Notes under the pieces: model-generated
What the model saw: the letters and a program-made list of their open reading frames with translations, nothing else
Database searches by the model: none
What the model was told of the DNA's origin: nothing
Shown here: piece after piece, positions 24,966 to 32,675 of the stretch
Layout: each line of letters opens with the position of its first letter
How positions within the stretch are numbered: position 1 is the stretch's first letter
Translations under genes and position numbers: made by a program
Origin: Anaerolineae bacterium
GTDB lineage: Bacteria; Chloroflexota; Anaerolineae; B4-G1; SLSP01
Reading direction: 5' to 3'
NCBI GenBank assembly: GCA_049975525.1
Contig: JBNGCW010000006.1
Span: 68,702-132,701 of the forward strand
Length of the DNA stretch: 64,000 nucleotides

Positions 24966-26189
24966 TCACTCGCCTTGGTATGCGGGTGTTCCCCCTCGGT
25001 TGTGTTGATAGCGTTCTATAGCTTGCTCGATGTCCTTTTCTTCCAAATAGCCCTCACGGCCCGCGCGTCGCAAGTGAAACTGCAACATATCGCGGGTCAG
25101 CACAAGCATCTCGCGCGGCAGGGGCTCAACAGCTTCGGCTAACAGCGTCTCCACGTCGCGCAGTCCCGGGGACGCGATGGCATCCAGACTGCCAAAGGCT
25201 CCCTCACTGGCTACGTAGACGCGACGGCGAACGACCTCGCTCAACAGCGCCGGTGACCACGTCAGAAAAGCACAGCGCTGCGCAGCAAAGGCTTCGGGAC
25301 ATCGCTGCTGTAAGGTTCGATGCGTCGCCAGCGGGAGAAAGCCCTTGACGTAGATGCCTTGCTCCGCCCACGTGAAGAGGTGAGGTATCCAGGGGTCCAG
25401 AACGGCGACGACGTTATCGGCGTCCAGATACGTCTCCGGGACAGCGTCCAGACCATCCAGCAGGATGTACAAAGAGCGCACGTGTAGGGTGTCCAACAGC
25501 GCTGCAAGCAAAGCCTCCCAGCGGGTCGCTGCACTCTCAGGCCTGTCCTCCGCAGAGGGCGTCGCTTCTATTGCCCGGCACCACTCACGCAACGTATCGG
25601 GTTTTGGCGGGTCGGGCAAGGCGAAGGCCGGCCCCAGGTTCAACGCTCTCCGCACCTGCGTTAAACTGCCCGTTTCCCGGCAGAGCTCAACATATGTGGA
25701 CAGCGGTCCCGGCAGATTCCACGCCAACGCTCTGCGGAGTACACGCCGGTCTTCACCTTGCAGGTTCATGAACCAGTGAGGGCGATAGGCCAGCGTCATG
25801 AGTAGGGCGCGAGCGCCAGCACGTCCCAATGCCAGGAGATGGTCGTCCCACGAAGGCGGCAGCCGCTCCCAGCGTAAATAAGGAGGATTATACGGGATGG
25901 GAAAGGGGCGGTTGGGTGCCTGTCCAACCCAACAGGCGCGTGTGGTACGGACGCGCATAGCCGTCTTACCTCCGCCGGCCGGTGCGAAAAGCCAGGCAAT
26001 CCAGTCGCCCCAGACGTGCGCAAACTGCTCGTGCCCGACGAGGTATTGACTCAAATGGGGATCTTCAGCCGCATTGAGGACGGCAAACGGATCAAAACGC
26101 AGTCCCCGATCGCGCAGCCAGTGCCACAGGGATGCCTCGTCTGCTCGCAATGTAGCCTGGGTAGTGCTTGATAAAGATGACATCTTCAT
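24966..26189 (-). CDS. P-loop NTPase (407 aa), family unresolved
   Basis: WLFAPAGGGKTA (Walker A) and LYILLDGLDAVPE (Walker B-like). There are no other recognisable domains. Confidence 0.6.
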   Translation of the reverse strand: MKMSSLSSTTQATLRADEASLWHWLRDRGLRFDPFAVLNAAEDPHLSQYLVGHEQFAHVWGDWIAWLFAPAGGGKTAMRVRTTRACWVGQAPNRPFPIPYNPPYLRWERLPPSWDDHLLALGRAGARALLMTLAYRPHWFMNLQGEDRRVLRRALAWNLPGPLSTYVELCRETGSLTQVRRALNLGPAFALPDPPKPDTLREWCRAIEATPSAEDRPESAATRWEALLAALLDTLHVRSLYILLDGLDAVPETYLDADNVVAVLDPWIPHLFTWAEQGIYVKGFLPLATHRTLQQRCPEAFAAQRCAFLTWSPALLSEVVRRRVYVASEGAFGSLDAIASPGLRDVETLLAEAVEPLPREMLVLTRDMLQFHLRRAGREGYLEEKDIEQAIERYQHNRGGTPAYQGE

Positions 26190-26413
26190 CTAAGCGGTTT
26201 GATCATACGTTCACTAGGCCATCTGACTATATCAAAACTCGCTTCTAAGGTGTGCAAATGCAACGGGCAAACCCCACAGCTTGAGGACTACCTCAATCAG
26301 GTTAACAAACATTATATGTCAAACACAAGAAGATACTTTTATCATAACGGGTATTTGCTCACTGCTATGCCACAATTCTCTAACTTAGATGTCACGTATA
26401 TCTCACGACAATC

Positions 26414-27796
26414 TCACCAGCGCACATGGAGCCTGATGCCGTATCCGCGAACTGTCTCCAGCAGCACGGGATGGGAGGGGTCCGGTTCAATCGCCTTCCG
26501 CAGCCGCCACAAGTTGGTGTCGATAACACCCTCGTAATTGTGTGTATCTTCGTACTTCTCCTCATGCTGAGCTGGAATCCGCTTCAGTTCGCGATATCCA
26601 AGGTAGTAGAGTTCCTTCTTTGGAATGACCTCGTCCGCTCGTTGGTAAAGATACCGCAGCATCGCATACGCCTTAGCCGGAACCTTGGAGAGGTCGATGT
26701 CCCGTCCACCCACCAGGATGCGACGGGCCTGCTCGTCCAGATAGAGCCGAGGCGGGTGTTCTTCTCGCAACGTCAACCAGGTGGTTTCGTCAATGGGTAG
26801 ACGGTTTTGCCGGACGGCATGGCGCGCCAGCGGCGCGACCTGATCCAACCAGTGCCGGGGGGAGTGACCCCCTGCTTTCTTCAGCCAGGGGAGGAACTCG
26901 GGGGAGGCACACAGTGCTTCCAGCGAGACCTTTTCTTTATCAAGCACCAGAGCCAGACGGCGCTCAACAACGCGCCGGAGCGAGCCCGTGTCCCAGCGGA
27001 GATGCATGCTATCCAACCGTCGGCGGGCTATGCCCCCGGCGTGACTCAATATCGGCGCCAGATGGGTGGGAGCCCAGAGTTTGTAGATCAAGCCGGCTTG
27101 TTCAAAGAGGGCCAGGGTTGAAAGAAAAGCGCCTAAACCACGAACGACGTGTTCAGTATCTACCGGAGCCCAGCCCGCCAAGCCGTCGCTCATAATCCAA
27201 ATTCCATCCAGCTCTATGCCATGTAAGGTGGTGACCAACTCTGCAAGGATCTGATCAGGGTCTGCGTCGTCATGGAGGACATCTTTCACCGGTGCTTCTA
27301 GAAGATCATTGATAACCTCCGCGCCCTGAGGGTACTGTTGTGTCAGCGGCTCAAGCCGCAGACGAGCATCTCCGTGTAGAAACCGACAAATGAACCAGCG
27401 CAGGCGTGTTTTCACCCAATCGGGGGCTTCTCGGTAGTCCGTCGGATGAGCGGCGAGATGGCCCACCAGTGCCTTCGCGCATTTGTCGAAAATCTCGAAG
27501 ACTTGTCGCCGGACCCAGCCGAGATTGGCTTCAACGCCGGGGGGGAGCGGTGCAGGGCGCCAGTCCACCAGGAGGCGCAACGGGTGCCCCTCGGTGGTGT
27601 GACTGCGGCGGCGGAGCTCGCGATAGAGCGCCGTCTTGCCGGAGCCGGGACCGCCGAAGACGATGATAGAGCGGGGAGCGAGTATCCGCTCAAAGCCCGG
27701 CGGCGGCACGAAGCAGGCAGACAGCCAGGGCTCGGCCTCGGCCCGCAGGTCGTTAAAGGCCGCCTCGTAGGTCACGGGTGGAGTCTCGGTTTTCAT
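26414..27796 (-). CDS. P-loop NTPase fused to a C-terminal OmpR/PhoB-type winged-helix DNA-binding domain
   Basis: IIVFGGPGSGKTALYREL (Walker A) and IWIMSDGLAGW (Walker B-like). The C-terminus NLWRLRKAIEPDPSHPVLLETVRGYGIRL matches the trans_reg_C consensus (hIsrLRkKl.dp...I.TVRGvGYrl). Confidence 0.75.
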   Translation of the reverse strand: MKTETPPVTYEAAFNDLRAEAEPWLSACFVPPPGFERILAPRSIIVFGGPGSGKTALYRELRRRSHTTEGHPLRLLVDWRPAPLPPGVEANLGWVRRQVFEIFDKCAKALVGHLAAHPTDYREAPDWVKTRLRWFICRFLHGDARLRLEPLTQQYPQGAEVINDLLEAPVKDVLHDDADPDQILAELVTTLHGIELDGIWIMSDGLAGWAPVDTEHVVRGLGAFLSTLALFEQAGLIYKLWAPTHLAPILSHAGGIARRRLDSMHLRWDTGSLRRVVERRLALVLDKEKVSLEALCASPEFLPWLKKAGGHSPRHWLDQVAPLARHAVRQNRLPIDETTWLTLREEHPPRLYLDEQARRILVGGRDIDLSKVPAKAYAMLRYLYQRADEVIPKKELYYLGYRELKRIPAQHEEKYEDTHNYEGVIDTNLWRLRKAIEPDPSHPVLLETVRGYGIRLHVRW

Positions 27797-29793
27797 GCTG
27801 CGGTCTCTTCCGGAGGATCTCCCAGGATGTCGATAAGATCATCCATATTTAGCAGTGCCTGCTTTTGACCGATCCGTCGGATAAGATCATTCCCCAATTG
27901 GAACATCCGGCCCAGTTTTCCCTCGGCGGCGTGAACGATCCACGCCTCGAGATCAGGAAGCGAGGGTCTTATCACCGGATCACACCACTCCCGGAGGGCG
28001 CTTTCACCGCTGTGTTTTAATCTTTGCTCTAGAATCGCCTTCAGTTTGGCTGGCGAGAGGGTTAAATCATAATGGGGAATGTCGAGGCTTTCGGTTAACA
28101 TCGTCATCGCCGAAGCCTGCACAGGCGGCATAAACACCTTGATAAACACACCGGCATGGCCTAACTTTTCACACCAGATCGATAGTCTCCTACCCCATAG
28201 ACGGGGATCCTGGGGTGTACTCTGTACATCTAATAACATCAAAGTGGCCTCAAAGGGTCGGGGGCGCGCTTGACGCAGTAGGATCAGCAGCTCGTTTTCT
28301 GATAGCGGCGCATCGGTGGGTGCAGATTGCGCCAGAGTCTCGATTTCCTGCACCATCTGAGCACCCTCTCCGACTTCCGGCACGCCGGCTCTCCGGAAAT
28401 GATAGGTCAGCCGGGGCGTGAAGTATCTGCCCAGCAAATGGGCCATGGATGCTTTTTTGTCAATTGATGACTTGAGAAAATCCTCCGGGGTTACCGCGAG
28501 GTAATGTAACAACGTGTAGGCCAGGGAACGGCTCAGGGTTTCAAATTGCAGTTGAACCGGTGTTCCGCGCCAGTAGACCGGGAAGACCGATCGGTCAGCC
28601 GTAAGTGCGTCGCGGGCTATCCACAGCGCTGTGGCCGTCTTGCCCGCGCCTTTGTCACCGGTGTACAAAGCGGTTTCAAACAAACGGATGTCTTTCCACC
28701 AGTTTGGCGAAATGCGCGTTTTGAGCAGAGCAGAGTCGGTTTCTGCGACCGCATTCCCAAAAGGCGGAACGTGGAGGCCTACGTAACGCAGGCCGGAGGC
28801 CAGGGCCGTATCAGGTGTTGGAGGGAGCCTGTGCCAGAGTGAAATCTGTGGAGAACATCGTAAAATCTGCACCCACTGTCGCTGCTGTGCTTGCTGTAAT
28901 CGGCGGCCGTCAATATGTATCGCATAGGCCGGAAGATCGCTTAAGGATAAGAACCCCGGCCATGCCTTTTGACGCCAGTCGTCGTCCAGATTCTCCAGTG
29001 TCCATTCCAAGACGTGAGCCGGACGGGATTCCTCCATCTCCCCCGCGATTTTCTTGAAGCGCTCCGCTTCGTCGACACAGGCTAACAGTCTCACGGCATC
29101 GCGAAGGTCAGCCGGCGCAGTGGTTTGCCAGGCTTCCTTCAACCCGCTCTGGATCCGCTCTTTTTTCCATACCCCATCATTTCTTCTCAACAAACTCAAG
29201 TAGCGGCGTGCGCCTTTCGAATAATCGTCCTGCAATAACCGCCGCCATTCTTCGATCTCGTTCCTGGCATCACGAAGATGCTTTTTGCGTTCCTCTTCAC
29301 CCGACGAGATTATTTTCCACTGTTGAATGCCAAATCCTGCCAGGGTCGTGATCAGGGTGCCAATGAGAGCAGTCGATGACTGACCTGTGGCTTTTTCGAG
29401 TAAAGTGTAGACAACATAAGCAATAAGTAGCCATAATCCTAACAACGGCAGCGCCTTGACAAAGACCAGCACGGAGGTCAACGGCCAGTCTTCAGACCAA
29501 CGCCACCAATGATGTGCTACCCTCTTCCAGAGACGGAAACGTTCTCTGAAGTTAACGAAATCGATGGATAGGAGACTTAAAGTGATGATCAGTGCTATCT
29601 GCAGTGCTAGCGACCGCTCAACTTGGAGAACGGCTAATAGAATCAGACATGACAAGTAGAATAATACGGCTCTAGCGAACCACGTTGTTACATGGGGTAA
29701 ATCCCAGAGTAGTGCATAGAGTGAGTGTAAGAACGAGACGGCCTCTTCCCACACTGGTTGTAGCCACTCCCGCACATCAAAGCGCTTTCGCAT
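27793..29793 (-). CDS. Membrane-anchored P-loop NTPase (about 4 N-terminal TM helices)
   Basis: TM helices (VLFYLSCLILLAVLQV, LALQIALIITLSLLSI, VLVFVKALPLLGLWLLIAYVVY, LIGTLITTLAGFGI), then TALYTGDKGAGKTATALWIARDA (Walker A) and TLMLLDVQ (Walker B-like). The start is chosen at MRKRF (ATG 29793) with a GGAGGAG RBS; the ORF could extend to 29910. Its stop overlaps the downstream gene's start (27793/27796). Confidence 0.65.
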   Translation of the reverse strand: MRKRFDVREWLQPVWEEAVSFLHSLYALLWDLPHVTTWFARAVLFYLSCLILLAVLQVERSLALQIALIITLSLLSIDFVNFRERFRLWKRVAHHWWRWSEDWPLTSVLVFVKALPLLGLWLLIAYVVYTLLEKATGQSSTALIGTLITTLAGFGIQQWKIISSGEEERKKHLRDARNEIEEWRRLLQDDYSKGARRYLSLLRRNDGVWKKERIQSGLKEAWQTTAPADLRDAVRLLACVDEAERFKKIAGEMEESRPAHVLEWTLENLDDDWRQKAWPGFLSLSDLPAYAIHIDGRRLQQAQQRQWVQILRCSPQISLWHRLPPTPDTALASGLRYVGLHVPPFGNAVAETDSALLKTRISPNWWKDIRLFETALYTGDKGAGKTATALWIARDALTADRSVFPVYWRGTPVQLQFETLSRSLAYTLLHYLAVTPEDFLKSSIDKKASMAHLLGRYFTPRLTYHFRRAGVPEVGEGAQMVQEIETLAQSAPTDAPLSENELLILLRQARPRPFEATLMLLDVQSTPQDPRLWGRRLSIWCEKLGHAGVFIKVFMPPVQASAMTMLTESLDIPHYDLTLSPAKLKAILEQRLKHSGESALREWCDPVIRPSLPDLEAWIVHAAEGKLGRMFQLGNDLIRRIGQKQALLNMDDLIDILGDPPEETAA

Positions 29794-30005
29794 CGTCTCC
29801 TCCGCAAGGGGTAATGGGGACATCTTTATCTTACTACAACTCCACGCAAAGCACAACTTTCCCCGTGAGATTGCTGTGAGATTCGGGTGGGAGAAGAGTA
29901 TGCCCACCAACAGGAAGCGGTTGGGTAGCTGTATGCGGGTCGCGGCCTAAAGATGCTTTAATAAGATCAGATTACTTCTCAGACCCACCAATGAAGGAGG
30001 CAGCC

Positions 30006-31535
30006 ATGCACACAGAATCCCCCCAAGGGGCTGGGCGCCGGGATGAAGTCGTCGCCATCGTCGACCGCTATCAGCTCCAAGAGCGCAGCAAACGCCGCAA
30101 TGTCAAGGTCGATCCCGCACGCGAGGCCGAGATGTTACGGCTGCTGTTGGGCGTCTACGGGCGGAACAAGCGTCTAATCGCCGTCCTCAACGAGGACGAC
30201 CGCGACGCCATCAGCGCTTACAAGAAGCACGCCTATGAGGTCAAGCCGATGAACGGAGATCGTCCCAATGCGCTCCGGCGCCTGATCAAGGAGGAGTTCG
30301 ATCGCCCCTCGCCTAAGCACCTCGTCGTCATCAGCGACGACCCCGCGTTCTCCACGCTCTGCACCTTCGCCGCCCGCAACAACACCCAGGTCTCCGTCTG
30401 GTCCCCTACCAGCCGCATCCCCGAGGACCTGCGCGACGCCCGCTTCGACGTCCGCTATCTCAACGAGCTCCTCCCCGATACCTACATCCAGCTGGGCGTG
30501 GCCGTCGTCTGGCTGGATATCGAGAACTTGCTCATCGGCCTGAAGGAAAAGGGCGTCATCCCGGACATCAAAACCTTCGTCGATGCCATTCGCCAGGAGG
30601 TCAGCGACCTGGGCGACGTGACCAGCATCATCGCCTACGGCGACTTCGGGCTCCTGCGCAAGATCTTCGGCACCGACGTGCAGCGCAAGTTGGAGCAGCT
30701 CGGCGTCCGCACCCGCTACCAGGTCAACGTGCACGGCAAGAACAGCGCCGACATGGAGATCGCCGGCGACATCCACACGTATCTGGAGCGTGACCCCAAC
30801 GTCGAGACGGTCATCATCGGCACCGGCGACCGCGACTTCCGTCCCTCCGTGGACGCTGCCCACGGCAAGGGCAAGAAGGTCATCATCCTGGCCCTCAAGG
30901 AGAGCCTCAGCCGCGACCTCCGCCAGGCCGCCGACGACGTGCGCTTTCTCGACAAGTACTTCACCGCCGACACCCCTTCGCCGACGCCGGTGACCGCCGA
31001 GCTGCGCAACCGCTGGGTCCCCATCCTCCTGCGTTTCGCCGACCGGCTCCACAGCCGCCGCTGGCGCTGGGCTTACCGTGACAAGGTAAGTGACCTGTTC
31101 TCCAGCGACGAGATCCGCGAGGCCCTGGAGGCCGGACTGCTCAAGCACGGACGCGACGGCGATCCCCGCACCCTCACCTTCGACTTCAACCATCCGCTGG
31201 CCTGTCAGGTTTATCACATGGCCTGGTGGATCGTTGAGCGCGTGGAGTACCTCGTCAACGAGAAAGGCATGCCCTACGTCGATACCCACTACCTCGCCCG
31301 AGGCATGCGCCGGGATGCAAAGTGCCGGGATCTGGACATCGGTCAGGATCGTGCCGACGCCGAAGCGTGGCTCCACGCCGCGGCGGCCGCCGACCTCATC
31401 GTCAAGCGCACTCAACCGCATCCCAAGGCGCCGCACAAACAGATCGACACTTGGTGGCCGCAGGCGCCCCTCCTCCCGACCCCGGCGATCTTCCGTCAGC
31501 GCGAGGAACGCCCCCCCGCCCCCACCGAGGTCTGA
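30006..31535 (+). CDS. NYN (LabA-like, PIN-related) domain nuclease with possible additional N-terminal degenerate NYN and C-terminal OST-HTH/LOTUS-like region
   Basis: VAVVWLDIENL...GKNSADMEIAGDIHTYL...VIIGTGDRDFRP match NYN catalytic motifs. The start is chosen at ATG 30006, 6 nt after GGAGG. It is divergent from the NTPase array. Confidence 0.7.
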   Translation: MHTESPQGAGRRDEVVAIVDRYQLQERSKRRNVKVDPAREAEMLRLLLGVYGRNKRLIAVLNEDDRDAISAYKKHAYEVKPMNGDRPNALRRLIKEEFDRPSPKHLVVISDDPAFSTLCTFAARNNTQVSVWSPTSRIPEDLRDARFDVRYLNELLPDTYIQLGVAVVWLDIENLLIGLKEKGVIPDIKTFVDAIRQEVSDLGDVTSIIAYGDFGLLRKIFGTDVQRKLEQLGVRTRYQVNVHGKNSADMEIAGDIHTYLERDPNVETVIIGTGDRDFRPSVDAAHGKGKKVIILALKESLSRDLRQAADDVRFLDKYFTADTPSPTPVTAELRNRWVPILLRFADRLHSRRWRWAYRDKVSDLFSSDEIREALEAGLLKHGRDGDPRTLTFDFNHPLACQVYHMAWWIVERVEYLVNEKGMPYVDTHYLARGMRRDAKCRDLDIGQDRADAEAWLHAAAAADLIVKRTQPHPKAPHKQIDTWWPQAPLLPTPAIFRQREERPPAPTEV

Positions 31536-31669
31536 GATTCGGGCGAGCCCCGATGTCCTCACCCTTGGGGCGCGTCACCACAAGATCTGAGAGGCACCTG
31601 CTTCCCGTGACGCCGGCTCCTGAGGGTGCATCTCTCCAACGTGTCGCGTGAGATGGGTTCCCCCTGATT

Positions 31670-32551
31670 TTACCCCGCCTGCGCGAAGGCTAACAGCTCC
31701 TCGAAAGGTGCCGTCGCCAGACCGATAAGGCGGTCGGCGCCACCGTAGTAGACGTAGACTATGCCGTCTACCACGGGATTCGCCGTGGAGAAGACGACGT
31801 TAGGCACGTCGCCCTTGATCTCCCATGTCACCTCCGGCTCCAGGATAAAAGGCTTCGGGCGGGCCAACACGCGGGTGGGATCCTCGAGGTCGAGCAGACA
31901 GACGCCCAAGCGGTAGACGTGGTCGAAGTCGTAGGCATGATAGATAACCAACCAGCCGTGCTCCGTTTCGATGGGCACGCCCCCGGCTCCAATCCGTTTG
32001 CAATCCCAGCCTTCCGCGCGCGGCTCCATCACCTCCACAAAGTCGCCCCAATGCACCAGATCGTTGCTGTAGGCGAGCCAGATGGAGGGCGGACGGCGGT
32101 GGAAGGCGACGTAGCGTCCGCCGATCTTGCGGGGGAAGAGCACGTGATCTTTGTTGTCCTCTCCCGTGACCAGGGGCCCTAAACGTCGCCAGCTGATGAG
32201 ATTGGTGCTTTCGGCGAAGAGGGGGGTGATGCCTTCAGGGCCGTAAGCCGTGTAAGCCATGACGAAGCGCGCCTCGTCCGTCAGATAGGTCACGCGGGGG
32301 TCCTCCACGCCCCAGCGCTCCCGGTCGTCCTGCGGCGTGAAGACGGGTTTCCGCAGGCGGTTGAAGTGCACTCCATCCTCGCTGACAGCGTAACCAATGC
32401 GGCTGACGTAATCCACGCCCTGGGCGCGGTAGAGCATGTGAAACAGTCCCCCGTGATGAACGACCGCGCAGTTGAAGACGTTCAACGCTTCCCAGGCGTT
32501 GAGGGGGTCGGGGATGAGAATTGGATTCTCAGCGTGACGTTGCAGTTTCAT
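31670..32551 (-). CDS. GH130 family glycoside phosphorylase/hydrolase (beta-mannoside-active family; DUF377)
   Basis: [31 protein letters not shown]..., five-bladed propeller GH130 signature including conserved Asp/His-containing segments. Confidence 0.8.
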   Translation of the reverse strand: MKLQRHAENPILIPDPLNAWEALNVFNCAVVHHGGLFHMLYRAQGVDYVSRIGYAVSEDGVHFNRLRKPVFTPQDDRERWGVEDPRVTYLTDEARFVMAYTAYGPEGITPLFAESTNLISWRRLGPLVTGEDNKDHVLFPRKIGGRYVAFHRRPPSIWLAYSNDLVHWGDFVEVMEPRAEGWDCKRIGAGGVPIETEHGWLVIYHAYDFDHVYRLGVCLLDLEDPTRVLARPKPFILEPEVTWEIKGDVPNVVFSTANPVVDGIVYVYYGGADRLIGLATAPFEELLAFAQAG

Positions 32552-32675
32552 CGATCTCCTTTCCGGTATACAAGCTGTATGCTACGGGCCGCCACAGCGG
32601 CGGTTGAGTTGTTCGATGGCCATTTCCAAGGGGAGACGTTGATGGTTACCGTCGACGTGGCCTCACGCACGCCGG

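Noticed and set aside
26199-26537. 112-aa plus-strand ORF in the AT-rich gap between NTPase genes
   Set aside because: It has no RBS and runs into the downstream NTPase gene on the opposite strand. AT-rich regions in GC-rich genomes often give ORFs in the minus-sense frame. I also looked in this gap for a short rSAM precursor peptide on the minus strand and found only peptides of about 10-26 aa with no RBS.
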